This document shows positions 19,852-28,827 of a stretch of 64,000 nt of DNA, piece after piece. The notes beneath the pieces were generated by a model. It did no database searches. It was given only the letters and a program-made list of their open reading frames with translations, and was not told the origin of the DNA. The position numbers and the translations under genes were made by a program. The stretch is from contig JAFQUE010000036.1 in NCBI GenBank assembly GCA_017408685.1, positions 785-64,784 of the forward strand, read 5' to 3'. The stretch's first letter is position 1. The number at the start of each line of letters is the position of its first letter. This DNA comes from Bacteroidaceae bacterium (GTDB lineage: Bacteria; Bacteroidota; Bacteroidia; Bacteroidales; Bacteroidaceae).

Positions 19852-19859
19852 CAAAAATA
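19852..19859 (-). promoter_or_regulatory. -7 box TATTTTTG upstream of clpC
   Basis: The plus strand reads CAAAAATA, about 134 nt upstream of the ATG at 19718. Confidence 0.3.
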
Positions 19860-20128
19860 TTTCATTCGTGAGAACATTTTGCACTCAATGTGTCATTTCC
19901 TGCATTTGTATGCCACGTCTGAAAAATGTTCTTTATGCTCTGTTTTAATGTTATTATGCTTGTTGTATTGATTATTTTTTTTCTTTCATTCTTGTTGCTA
20001 TTTCTTTGAATTACAATATTTTGATTTTGTGTTAACAATAATTAACAATTCTCTTCTGTGGTATTTTGGGGTGTGAGACACTCTATAAGAATGTGAGAGG
20101 GTTGTTTCTCGAGCGATACATGATTAAT

Positions 20129-20242
20129 GCGCCAGGGGTAGGGGTGGTGTTTTCCTGCTTTTTTATATCCCACTTATCCCTACTGCGGTTGTCTTTGTCC
20201 ATCATGGTGTTGATGACAGGCAACTTTCCTGGCGCTTTTTTT
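20129..20242 (+). ncRNA. candidate structured RNA element (three stems plus U7), function unknown
   Basis: The closing stem is GCGCCAGG (20129-20136) / CCTGGCGC (20228-20235). It encloses two hairpins (about 20138-20183 and 20188-20224) and is followed by TTTTTTT (20236-20242). I recognised no known family. Confidence 0.25.
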
Positions 20243-20347
20243 ACCCGTTTAGTTAAAATGTTGTTTTTAGGGTGTTTTTTTGTGTGTGTTTATGTCATTT
20301 TAAATAACTTTTAACACGAGAAAATTGTATTTATAATTACGAAAGCA

Positions 20348-20355
20348 TATCTTTG
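20348..20355 (+). promoter_or_regulatory. -7 box TATCTTTG upstream of rpoD
   Basis: Lies 27 nt upstream of the ATG at 20383, in the TATCTTTGCA context typical of strong Bacteroides promoters. Confidence 0.5.
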
Positions 20356-20382
20356 CAAATTGAAATTGTATCTTAAGGAAAA

Positions 20383-21243
20383 ATGAGGCAATTAAAAATC
20401 ACAAAAAGTATCACTAACCGCGAAAGCGCATCGCTTGACAAGTATCTCCAGGAGATTGGCCGTGAAGAACTCATAACCGTAGAGGAAGAGGTTGAGTTGG
20501 CACAGCGTATCAGAAAAGGAGACCGTCGTGCGTTGGAAAAGTTGACGAGAGCCAATTTGCGTTTTGTCGTTTCAGTTGCAAAACAGTATCAGAACCAAGG
20601 ATTGAGCCTGCCCGACCTTATCAATGAGGGCAATCTTGGTCTCATCAAGGCAGCGGAGAAATTTGACGAGACGCGCGGTTTCAAGTTCATCAGTTACGCA
20701 GTTTGGTGGATTAGACAATCGATTCTTCAGGCTCTTGCAGAGCAAGCGAGAATTGTACGCCTTCCTTTGAACCAGGTCGGTTCGCTCAACAAAATAAGCA
20801 AGGCATTCTCAAAATTTGAACAAGAAAACGAACGTCGTCCATCAGCCGAAGAACTTGCCGACCAGTTGGACGTGCCTGTAGACAAGGTGGTTGATTCACT
20901 GAAATATTCAGGCCGCCACATCTCTGTTGACGCTCCGTTTGTAGATGGTGAAGACAACAGTCTGCTCGATGTGCTGGTGAATGATGATTCTCCTATGGCC
21001 GACAGTCTTCTGGTCAATGAGTCCCTTTCACGGGAGATTGACCGTGCGCTCTCAACCCTCACTGACCGTGAGAAGGAGATTATACAGATGTTCTTCGGTA
21101 TCGGCATGCAGGAGATGACTCTTGAAGAGATTGGTGACCGCTTTGGTCTTACGCGTGAGCGTGTTAGACAAATCAAGGAAAAGGCTATACGCCGTTTGAA
21201 ACAGAACCAGAGGAGCAAATTGCTCAAACCCTATTTGGGATAA
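20383..21243 (+). CDS. rpoD: primary RNA polymerase sigma factor (Bacteroidetes short RpoD/SigA)
   Basis: 286 aa. Region 2 ([28 protein letters not shown]), region 3, and region 4.2 ([24 protein letters not shown]) are present. Confidence 0.92.
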   Translation: MRQLKITKSITNRESASLDKYLQEIGREELITVEEEVELAQRIRKGDRRALEKLTRANLRFVVSVAKQYQNQGLSLPDLINEGNLGLIKAAEKFDETRGFKFISYAVWWIRQSILQALAEQARIVRLPLNQVGSLNKISKAFSKFEQENERRPSAEELADQLDVPVDKVVDSLKYSGRHISVDAPFVDGEDNSLLDVLVNDDSPMADSLLVNESLSREIDRALSTLTDREKEIIQMFFGIGMQEMTLEEIGDRFGLTRERVRQIKEKAIRRLKQNQRSKLLKPYLG

Positions 21244-21263
21244 AATCGGAATGTTTTTTTTTA

Positions 21264-21295
21264 ACGGGCTGCGCATGCGCAGCCCGTCGCTTTTT
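21264..21295 (+). terminator. intrinsic terminator after rpoD
   Basis: 12-bp palindromic stem ACGGGCTGCGCA|TGCGCAGCCCGT, followed by CGCTTTTT. Confidence 0.7.
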
Positions 21296-21411
21296 ATATA
21301 TGTTGGCGGCGAAAAGGCGGCAACGTCTTGAATAAATGGGATTCCCTGTGTGTTGCCGCCCACGCCATTCGGTTTACAGTAACTTGCCAACATTCATGCA
21401 TTACTGCTGTA

Positions 21412-22833
21412 TCACTTGCCGGTGTGGGTGTACACGGTTCCCTTCACCTTGATATTGCTCTCGATACTGACTCTCGAGGGTGTAGGATACTGCAGTTTAT
21501 CAAGTTCTTCTACTGCGGCAACAATGTCGCCGAGCAACTGGTCGGCCATGTCGCGGCTGAAGCCCTGGCGTACAACTATGCGCATTACAATGGTCTCTTC
21601 AAGTGTGGCCGGGAGGGTATAGGCCGGCACCATCCAACCATTCTGTTTGAGTTTATCCTGCAAGTCGTAAAGTGTCCATTTACATTGTTTTGAGTACTCT
21701 TTCTTCATTTCCCAGATGAAGAGCGGGTTTGTAACTTCGCTGCTATAGTTCTTGAATGGTTTCATTTTGCCTATCTCGCTGTGGAGATATTTTGCAATCT
21801 CCATGGAGTTATGCTGTATTGCTTTGTAACCATCGAAACCCAGACGTATGAACTGATAGTATTGGCCCAATATCTGTGCCGCGGGGCGAGAGAAGTTCAA
21901 ACCCACCTGTGTCACTTCGGCTCCAAGATAGTTTACGCTGAACGACATGCTGTCGGGGAGGAATTTCTTGTCTTTCCAGACAACCCATCCAAGTCCCGGA
22001 TACACAAGTCCGTATTTATGTCCGCTGGTGCTGATTGAGAGAACCCATTTTAGTCTGAAGTCCCACTCTAACTCAGGTTGCATGAACGGCAGTATGAAAC
22101 CGCCCGACGCGGCGTCGACGTGGATTGGAATGTCATACCCGGTCTTCTTGTTATATTCCTCTAATGCGTCGTTCAATGCTTTTACATCATCGTTCAGACC
22201 TGTCCATGTCACGCCCATGATGGGTACCACGCATATGGTGTTCTCGTCGCACTTGGCAATTGCTTCCTGCGGACAGAGTGTAAGTTTCTCTGCCGTGAGC
22301 GGTACGGTTCGCATTTCAATTTGCCATAACTGGGCAAACTTCTCCCATACGACTTGATATGCCGATGAGATTACAAAATTGGGCTTGTCGTAAGGTTTCC
22401 CTTCTGCCATGCGGCGTTTCTTCCATCGTTGCCAGGCTGCCACGCCACCAAGCATACATGCTTCGCTTGAGCCTATGCCCAACGCTCCGGCTTTCCATTT
22501 GGACTTTTCGGGCGTGTTCCACAGGTTGGCGATGATGTTTATGCACTTAGCGCACATAACTGCAACGCGAGGGTACTCGGTCTCGTCAATGTAGTTCATG
22601 GCAATGGCATCGTTCATCAGCTTGGTGGCGTACGGGTCCATATATGTTGTGACGAATGTCGCCAGATTGAGTCTCGGTTGGGTCTGGGCGAAAGTCTCGT
22701 CTTTTACTATGCGGTATGCTATCTCTGCAGCCGTGGGGTGCTGGGGAATCTTGTCTACCGGCGAACTCTTAAGCATTTCTTCGGACCCGAATACCGATGT
22801 GGTAATGTTGGTCATACAACTTTCCTGTTTCAT
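21412..22833 (-). CDS. gadB: glutamate decarboxylase (PLP-dependent)
   Basis: SISTSGHKYGLVYPGLGWVVW PLP-lysine motif, with full-length GAD similarity. The track start at 22881 is TTG. ATGs at 22833 (MKQESC...) or 22815 are the likely starts. Confidence 0.9.
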   Translation of the reverse strand: MKQESCMTNITTSVFGSEEMLKSSPVDKIPQHPTAAEIAYRIVKDETFAQTQPRLNLATFVTTYMDPYATKLMNDAIAMNYIDETEYPRVAVMCAKCINIIANLWNTPEKSKWKAGALGIGSSEACMLGGVAAWQRWKKRRMAEGKPYDKPNFVISSAYQVVWEKFAQLWQIEMRTVPLTAEKLTLCPQEAIAKCDENTICVVPIMGVTWTGLNDDVKALNDALEEYNKKTGYDIPIHVDAASGGFILPFMQPELEWDFRLKWVLSISTSGHKYGLVYPGLGWVVWKDKKFLPDSMSFSVNYLGAEVTQVGLNFSRPAAQILGQYYQFIRLGFDGYKAIQHNSMEIAKYLHSEIGKMKPFKNYSSEVTNPLFIWEMKKEYSKQCKWTLYDLQDKLKQNGWMVPAYTLPATLEETIVMRIVVRQGFSRDMADQLLGDIVAAVEELDKLQYPTPSRVSIESNIKVKGTVYTHTGK

Positions 22834-23004
22834 TTCTCTCTTGTTTAAATGGTTTATAAAAGGTTTGGAAACTGTATTCAAACAGTTTCTTGTTTGGAAT
22901 GGAAACGTTGCCGTCGGTGGTTAGGTTCGTTTTTTTGTGTTTTTTATGATGTCGCAACATTTTGCCATTGTTGCTTGTTTGTAACCAGTAAAGCAATATT
23001 TGGT

Positions 23005-24183
23005 ATGAAAAGGATTGATACAGGAAAAGGGTATATTACTCTGTGGGCACTATTGGGTATATGGTCTGTTTCAGCGCTGACATCTTTGCCGGGGTTGGCA
23101 ATTTCCCCAATCTCGGAGAAACTGCTTCATGTTTTCCCTTCGGCTACCGATTTGGATATCCAGTTGCTAACAACCCTGCCTTCGCTGTTTATTATACCGT
23201 TTATTCTCTTGGCCGGTTTTATCAGTGAGAGAGTGGGGTATATAAAGTTGTTGTACATTGGATTAGTGATATTTCTTTTAAGTGGTGCATTATACTTTTT
23301 CTGTACCACCATGACTCAACTTATAGTGGTGAGCGTGTTGCTTGGCGTGGGTGCCGGGGTGATAATTCCGTTGTCGACGGCTTTAATCTCGAGGTTCTTT
23401 GTCGGGGACGAGCGTACAAGGCAATATGGGTATGTTTCGGCCATAACCAACATATCTTTAGTGGTGGCAACGACTGTGGCCGGATGGCTTGCCGATATCC
23501 AATGGCGACTGCCCTTCGTGGTATACCTGCTGCCGCTGGTTTCCATAATGCTTGTTCCGGCAATAAGGCGTGGCGAAGTTGCACAGCATGCTGACAAAGA
23601 TGAGCATGCGGCATTATCGGGAAAGATATCATACCTCCCGCTCTCAAAATATATGTCATATTATCTGCTTATAACTTACCTTGTCATGGTATTCAGTATC
23701 AACCTTCCTTTCCTTTTGGGCAAAGAGGGGTATGACAGTGCTGTGTCGGGAGCAGTGCTCTCGGTGTTCTTTCTGGCGATGATGTTGCCCGGACTTTTTC
23801 TCAAGCGTATACTTGATGTGGTGAAAGGAAGGGTCCTGCAGTTCTCCTTGCTGTTGATTCTGCTTGGTGTTGCCGATATATACATGAACCGTTCAGTGGG
23901 TTTTGTCATTATCGGGTGTATTGCGGCCGGAGTCGGGTATGGAGTGGCGCAACCATATATCTATGATGTTACAGCCTCACTTGCTACAGGTGGAAAGGTG
24001 ACATCGGCGCTTGCGCTGCTGATGTCAATGAATTATGTAGCCATTGTTATTTCGCCCTTTGTGGTGGAGTATTTACAGGATATTACCGGTATGAAGGATG
24101 AAGGTTCTCCTTTCCTCATAAATGCAGTGATAGCGTTCTTTGCATTGCTTTTTGTTACGGCTTATAAACATTTTGTGAAATGA
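23005..24183 (+). CDS. MFS transporter
   Basis: About 12 predicted TM helices. The ATG at 23005 (MKRIDTGKGYITLWALLGIW) is preferred; the track ORF start at 22849 adds an implausible Cys-rich extension. Confidence 0.7.
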   Translation: MKRIDTGKGYITLWALLGIWSVSALTSLPGLAISPISEKLLHVFPSATDLDIQLLTTLPSLFIIPFILLAGFISERVGYIKLLYIGLVIFLLSGALYFFCTTMTQLIVVSVLLGVGAGVIIPLSTALISRFFVGDERTRQYGYVSAITNISLVVATTVAGWLADIQWRLPFVVYLLPLVSIMLVPAIRRGEVAQHADKDEHAALSGKISYLPLSKYMSYYLLITYLVMVFSINLPFLLGKEGYDSAVSGAVLSVFFLAMMLPGLFLKRILDVVKGRVLQFSLLLILLGVADIYMNRSVGFVIIGCIAAGVGYGVAQPYIYDVTASLATGGKVTSALALLMSMNYVAIVISPFVVEYLQDITGMKDEGSPFLINAVIAFFALLFVTAYKHFVK

Positions 24184-25091
24184 TGAGCGGCTTTTCAAAA
24201 GGCTCCTTGGCCTTGCTCTTTGCGCGTACTTTCAGTGGGTTGAATGTAAATGCGCTTGGTTATTTGCTGCCGGTGTGGATTGCTCCGTTGAGTTGTGTGT
24301 CGTTGCGTCTCTCGTTCGGTGCGGTAGTGTTCTGGATTGTTTCAATATTCTCGAAACCGGAGACTGTCCATTGGAAAGACGCACTCAAACTGATTGCACT
24401 GGGCTCGCTCGGAATTTTCGGATACATGTCACTCTATGCGTTGAGTATAAGTTTTACCACTCCTGTGAATTTTGCAATCTTCAATGCTATGCAACCTCTT
24501 TGGGTTGTGATTGTGTCAGCTGTTGTATACCGCGAAAGCGTCGATTCACGCAAATTGCTCGGTCTTGCTGTAGGTTTTGTAGGAGCATTGCTCTGCATTC
24601 TGTCTGAACCGTCGGAATCTGTTGCCAGTAATCCGTTGCTGGGTAATATGTTGGCTATTGCTGCTTCAATCATTTATGCAATATATCTTGTGTTTTCAGC
24701 AAAAATGGTAGGACACTTGTCCAGTGTCACTATCCTGCGTTATACATTTACTTCAGGTGCTGCTGTTGCATTGGCAGTAATGTGTTTTACAGGTTTCTCG
24801 GCTTCTATTTTCGCAGGCAAGTTGCATGCATTGCCTTCGATTGTACTTGCGTTTGTGTTGGTTTTCCCAACGGTGGTGACATACTTCCTCATTCCAATAG
24901 GACTCAAGTATCTCAAGAGTACGGTGGTGGCGCTCTATGGATATGTAACGCTCATTGTTGCGGCATTCTTCTCGTTTCTCTTCGGGATGGACCATTTTCA
25001 CCCAATAATCCTGCTTTCGTTGGCTTTGATAGGTGTGAGCATATATCTCGTGGGTGTTGTAGAAGGTCCTCGGAATGTCAAGGATAAATAA
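24180..25091 (+). CDS. EamA/DMT family transporter
   Basis: 303 aa with about 10 TM helices in two EamA-like halves. Its start overlaps the MFS stop (ATGA at 24180-24183). Confidence 0.72.
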   Translation: MMSGFSKGSLALLFARTFSGLNVNALGYLLPVWIAPLSCVSLRLSFGAVVFWIVSIFSKPETVHWKDALKLIALGSLGIFGYMSLYALSISFTTPVNFAIFNAMQPLWVVIVSAVVYRESVDSRKLLGLAVGFVGALLCILSEPSESVASNPLLGNMLAIAASIIYAIYLVFSAKMVGHLSSVTILRYTFTSGAAVALAVMCFTGFSASIFAGKLHALPSIVLAFVLVFPTVVTYFLIPIGLKYLKSTVVALYGYVTLIVAAFFSFLFGMDHFHPIILLSLALIGVSIYLVGVVEGPRNVKDK

Positions 25092-25179
25092 GTGATTAGT
25101 TCAATAAACCATGGTGGTGTTTCTCAATTCAATTTTGTTAAATATTAAATATAATATCAAATATATTGGAAATAATGAT

Positions 25180-25187
25180 TAATTTTG
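25180..25187 (+). promoter_or_regulatory. -7 box TAATTTTG upstream of the T9SS protease
   Basis: Lies 24 nt upstream of the ATG at 25212. Confidence 0.45.
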
Positions 25188-25211
25188 CATTCAAATGTAA
25201 ATTAAAACTGA

Positions 25212-27716
25212 ATGAAAAAGATTTCATTATTTCTGTCACTTCTCTTTGTGGCAGTGATGGTTTTCGCGGCACCCGCACGCAGAAGGCCTGTAAAACTCCT
25301 TCAGTCCGACGGTACCTCTCTGACGGCTATTCTCATCGGTGACGAGTCGTTGCACTATTATTCGACCATTGACGGCAAACCGCTTATAAGAGAGGCCAAT
25401 GGTGATTTTTCGTATGCCACTTTCACTCCTGAAGGTCAGTTCGTGTCTACAGAATGCCTGGCGCACGACGCTGAACACCGTACCTTGTTCGAGAAGAACC
25501 TTGTCGCTTCCATTGATTATGAAGGGATGATGGTTTCATTGAACAGTGCTCATAAAGCGCGCTCGGCAAAATTCAGGGCTGCAGCACAGAAAGCCGGTTC
25601 GCAGATAACACCCGAAGGTGACGTGAATATTGCAGTTGTCCTTGTACAGTTCAAGGATACCAAGTTTACATATACCAAGGAAGATATCAACAGTGTATTG
25701 AATGTTGAAGGATATAAACTTGACAATCCTTTTGCCGAGAGTGTGGGAAGTGCGCGCGACTATTTCATTGCGCAGTCCGATGGCAAGTTCCGCCCGAATT
25801 TTATGGTAACTGATATTGTGACACTCGATAACAATATGGTCTATTATGGCGGGAACAACACCAACGGTGATGACATGAAGCCTTCGTATGCAGTGAAGGA
25901 GGGTATTCAGAAAGCTGATGCTACATTCGACTTCTCGAAGTGTGACAATAACGGTGACGGTGAAGTTGAGTTCGTATACTGTATTTATGCAGGTTATTCC
26001 GAGTCCTATGGTGCCGATGAAAACACAATATGGCCCCATCAATGGGAACTCAGGGCGCAAGCCGGTACTGTAACGGTAGACGGCGTCAAGTGTAACACCT
26101 ATGCCTGCAGCGGTGAGCTTGTATATAGTGAGGAGTATGAACCGGAGATTGGAAAGGTACTTGCCGGTATCGGCCTCATCTGCCATGAATTCTCGCACTG
26201 TCTTGGTTTGCATGATATATATGACACCACTTATGAGAGCGGTAACTGGGGTATGGACTACTGGGATGTCATGGACCAGGGCAACTATGCAGCCGAAGGA
26301 TATGTTCCTGTAGGTTATAGCGCCTACCAGAGGGATTTCTGCGGTTGGAGAGAACTTGAGGTAATTGACTCTAAAGGCGATTATTCCATGAGACCTCTTA
26401 CTCAAGGCGGCGCAGCGTATAAGGTCGTCAACGATGCCAATCCGAATGAATATTACATTCTTGAGAACCGTAAACAAGAGGTTTGGGATTCTTATCTCTT
26501 CAACAGCGGAATGCTTGTGATTCATGTTGATTACAACAAGAGTGCGTGGGAGAATAATGCAATCAACACAACAAAGAATCATCCACGATACACCCTTATT
26601 CCTGCCGACGGCAAGTTGGATGTCTATGGTGAAGTCTCAGCCCAGGAATTTGTGGCAAGCCTTAAAGGTGACGTGTGGCCCGGAACCAGCGGCAATACAG
26701 AACTGACCAACACTTCAAAACCGGCGGCAAAGGTCTACACCGGCGCTTACATGAATAAACCGATACGTGATATAAAGTACGATGAGGATGGCATTATTTC
26801 ATTCAACTTCATGAGCGGTATGTTTGATGTACCCGAGGTGTTGCCGGCGACAGATGTTACCGCAACATCCTTTGTTGCCAATTGGGCTGCAGTTGAAGGC
26901 GCTGATGAGTATAATGTAGAACTTTATAAGGTGAGCGATGTTGAGGGCGGTTCCGGAGACCCTGAAATTCTCCTAAATGAAGATTTTACGAGCTTTACAA
27001 AGACTAACACCGACGTACAGTCTACAATAAATGACTACACTGTGACCAGCGGTTGGGAAGGTTATAAGATATACAGTGAGGGCGGAATCATCCGTGTAGG
27101 TACATCAAACAATGACGGTTGGTTAAAGACACCGCTTTTGAGCGCCGAGGGTGAAGTCACGGTTAAGTTCTCTACTGTATTGTTCAACACCAGTGACCTT
27201 GGTTCTGTGTTGACGGTTTCTATCAATAGCACTGATGGCAGCATAATCGAGAGTAAAGATTTTACACCTGGTAATGGTATCGTAACATATAAAATGGTTG
27301 CAACAGTAACCGGTGAATTCTATGTGGAGTTCTCTACGTCGGGCAGTAAAACCAAGAAACGTGCTAATGTCGATGATGTGGTTGTTTCTGTTGCAGGTTC
27401 TACAGCAACAGAGCTTGTAGCAGAGGTTACTACTTCGGAAACGAGTTACAAGTTCGACAACCTTGAAACCGGGTGCAATTACCGTTACCGTGTTCAGGCA
27501 CAGGATAATTACGGTTCTTCAGCTTTTTCATCATACCAGGATGTCACAATAATTACTGGAATTACAGAATTTACCGGTGAGGATTCTGTTGTTGACATAT
27601 ATACTTTGACAGGCATTAAGGTTTATAGCGGTACCAAGGAGGGTGTAAAGGTCGCTGTTCCCGGTGTGTATGTTGTGAAATCAGGTTCCAAAAGTTATAA
27701 AGTGCTTATGAAGTGA
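25212..27716 (+). CDS. secreted M6-like (immune inhibitor A-type) metalloprotease with FN3-like domains and T9SS C-terminal sorting domain
   Basis: Signal peptide and HEFSHCLGLHD zinc motif. Two FN3-like segments (TATSFVANWAAVEGADEYNVELYKV and ETSYKFDNLETGCNYRYRVQAQD). The C-terminal beta-rich tail (DIYTLTGIKVYSG...PGVYVVKSGSKSYKVLMK) is typical of T9SS cargo. Confidence 0.75.
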   Translation: MKKISLFLSLLFVAVMVFAAPARRRPVKLLQSDGTSLTAILIGDESLHYYSTIDGKPLIREANGDFSYATFTPEGQFVSTECLAHDAEHRTLFEKNLVASIDYEGMMVSLNSAHKARSAKFRAAAQKAGSQITPEGDVNIAVVLVQFKDTKFTYTKEDINSVLNVEGYKLDNPFAESVGSARDYFIAQSDGKFRPNFMVTDIVTLDNNMVYYGGNNTNGDDMKPSYAVKEGIQKADATFDFSKCDNNGDGEVEFVYCIYAGYSESYGADENTIWPHQWELRAQAGTVTVDGVKCNTYACSGELVYSEEYEPEIGKVLAGIGLICHEFSHCLGLHDIYDTTYESGNWGMDYWDVMDQGNYAAEGYVPVGYSAYQRDFCGWRELEVIDSKGDYSMRPLTQGGAAYKVVNDANPNEYYILENRKQEVWDSYLFNSGMLVIHVDYNKSAWENNAINTTKNHPRYTLIPADGKLDVYGEVSAQEFVASLKGDVWPGTSGNTELTNTSKPAAKVYTGAYMNKPIRDIKYDEDGIISFNFMSGMFDVPEVLPATDVTATSFVANWAAVEGADEYNVELYKVSDVEGGSGDPEILLNEDFTSFTKTNTDVQSTINDYTVTSGWEGYKIYSEGGIIRVGTSNNDGWLKTPLLSAEGEVTVKFSTVLFNTSDLGSVLTVSINSTDGSIIESKDFTPGNGIVTYKMVATVTGEFYVEFSTSGSKTKKRANVDDVVVSVAGSTATELVAEVTTSETSYKFDNLETGCNYRYRVQAQDNYGSSAFSSYQDVTIITGITEFTGEDSVVDIYTLTGIKVYSGTKEGVKVAVPGVYVVKSGSKSYKVLMK

Positions 27717-27794
27717 GTTTCGCTTTGTATGAATTTTCTTGAATAAATGTTCTTGGAACTGTCTGGCAGATTTACATGTCTGCTCGCATTAATT

Positions 27795-27818
27795 GAGGTC
27801 GGCCGTGGGGCCGGCCTC
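27795..27818 (+). terminator. GC-rich hairpin after the T9SS protease gene
   Basis: GAGGTCGGCC-GTGG-GGCCGGCCTC, a 10-bp stem with one G-U pair. No U tract. Confidence 0.45.
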
Positions 27819-28751
27819 TAATATTGTATTGACTGAATGTAAAATGTTGTTTATGGAATGGGGCTTTCATGTGCTGCAATATAATTCAGAACCGCATTCT
27901 TCCCCATTGCTTTTCTTTCCCCCACATATAGTGGAGTAATTTGTCTTTTAGTCTCATTTGCCTCATGTTCCTTTAACTCTTAAACAAACCGGGTATTTAA
28001 GGGTGATTTAGTATCATTTTCTGCTTTATGATATTTCTGCGATGAAATAATCGGGAACAACAACTTGATTTACAATACAGTAAGACTTATTTAACCTCAT
28101 GAGAATCTAAAATTTCCAATAATCCCTGTTATTGTACTAATATTTTACATTCTTTATTGGTTTCAATTGTAATTTATGTTTTAACGTTGTTAGTTTCTAT
28201 ATTTATTCACTTTTACCGCTGTAATATAATAGTTTTCTTTGACAAGTTGTGATACAAATACATATACAATTGTAATTTGTTAACAACGCACAGCAAGATT
28301 CAATTCCGAGTTATACAAATGTTGTGTAGGGTGGAGTGGTGGTGTGTTGCATTCTGTCATGAAAAGTACGCACGTTATCAACAGATTATTATCAACACTG
28401 TTTATATGTGTATGCATAAAATATACACTTTGTATAATGGTTGTGTAATTTGTTAAAAACAAGCATTTTACAATGTGTTTGTTATAGTTATTTAATTGAT
28501 TTTTCCACATAAAAACCCTTCTCGTTTTCAAAAATGCATATAGTATTGTGTTTTGTGTTATAAAGGCCGAATATCCAATATTTTATAAAAAAAACATTCA
28601 AGTAAAATATATTCTGTGTATTATCCTTGCGCCCGGTGTGGTCGCACGTCTGTTGGTGTGTGCAATTGTATCACGCGTTGTCGCTTTTGACTTTTTGCAA
28701 AACGGTTTATTTTGATTATAAATGTAAACATGTCGCCGTTGTGGGGTTTTG

Positions 28752-28759
28752 CAAAACTA
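28752..28759 (-). promoter_or_regulatory. orphan -7-like box TAGTTTTG pointing leftwards into the AT-rich island
   Basis: The plus strand reads CAAAACTA. No gene lies downstream on that strand for more than 1 kb. Confidence 0.2.
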
Positions 28760-28782
28760 TTGCTTGTTTGAGATTTATTTGT

Positions 28783-28790
28783 TACCTTTG
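28783..28790 (+). promoter_or_regulatory. -7 box TACCTTTG upstream of the XRE HTH gene
   Basis: Lies 37 nt upstream of the ATG at 28828. Confidence 0.45.
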
Positions 28791-28827
28791 TAAAAGTGTT
28801 GGTTGAAACATTTGTACACACTTAATA

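Noticed and set aside
20066-20314. An 82-aa ORF upstream of rpoD.
   Set aside because: It has a TTG start and a hydrophobic low-complexity product. It overlaps the candidate structured element and a T-rich tract, and no promoter box is in a suitable position.
25536-26582. A 348-aa minus-strand ORF.
   Set aside because: It is antisense to the M6-like protease, whose HEXXH motif and T9SS tail support the plus-strand frame.
28280-28821. Two short minus-strand ORFs (83 aa and 66 aa) inside the AT-rich island.
   Set aside because: One starts at TTG. Both have odd composition (Asn/Cys/His/Thr-rich), which is typical of random ORFs in AT-rich DNA, and neither has a recognisable motif.
27717-28827. 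A firm call of the AT-rich island as the chromosomal oriC.
   Set aside because: Only one-mismatch DnaA-like boxes are present, no dnaA or dnaN gene is nearby, and I see no switch of gene-strand bias on either side. It is kept as a hypothesis in the findings, not annotated as a feature.
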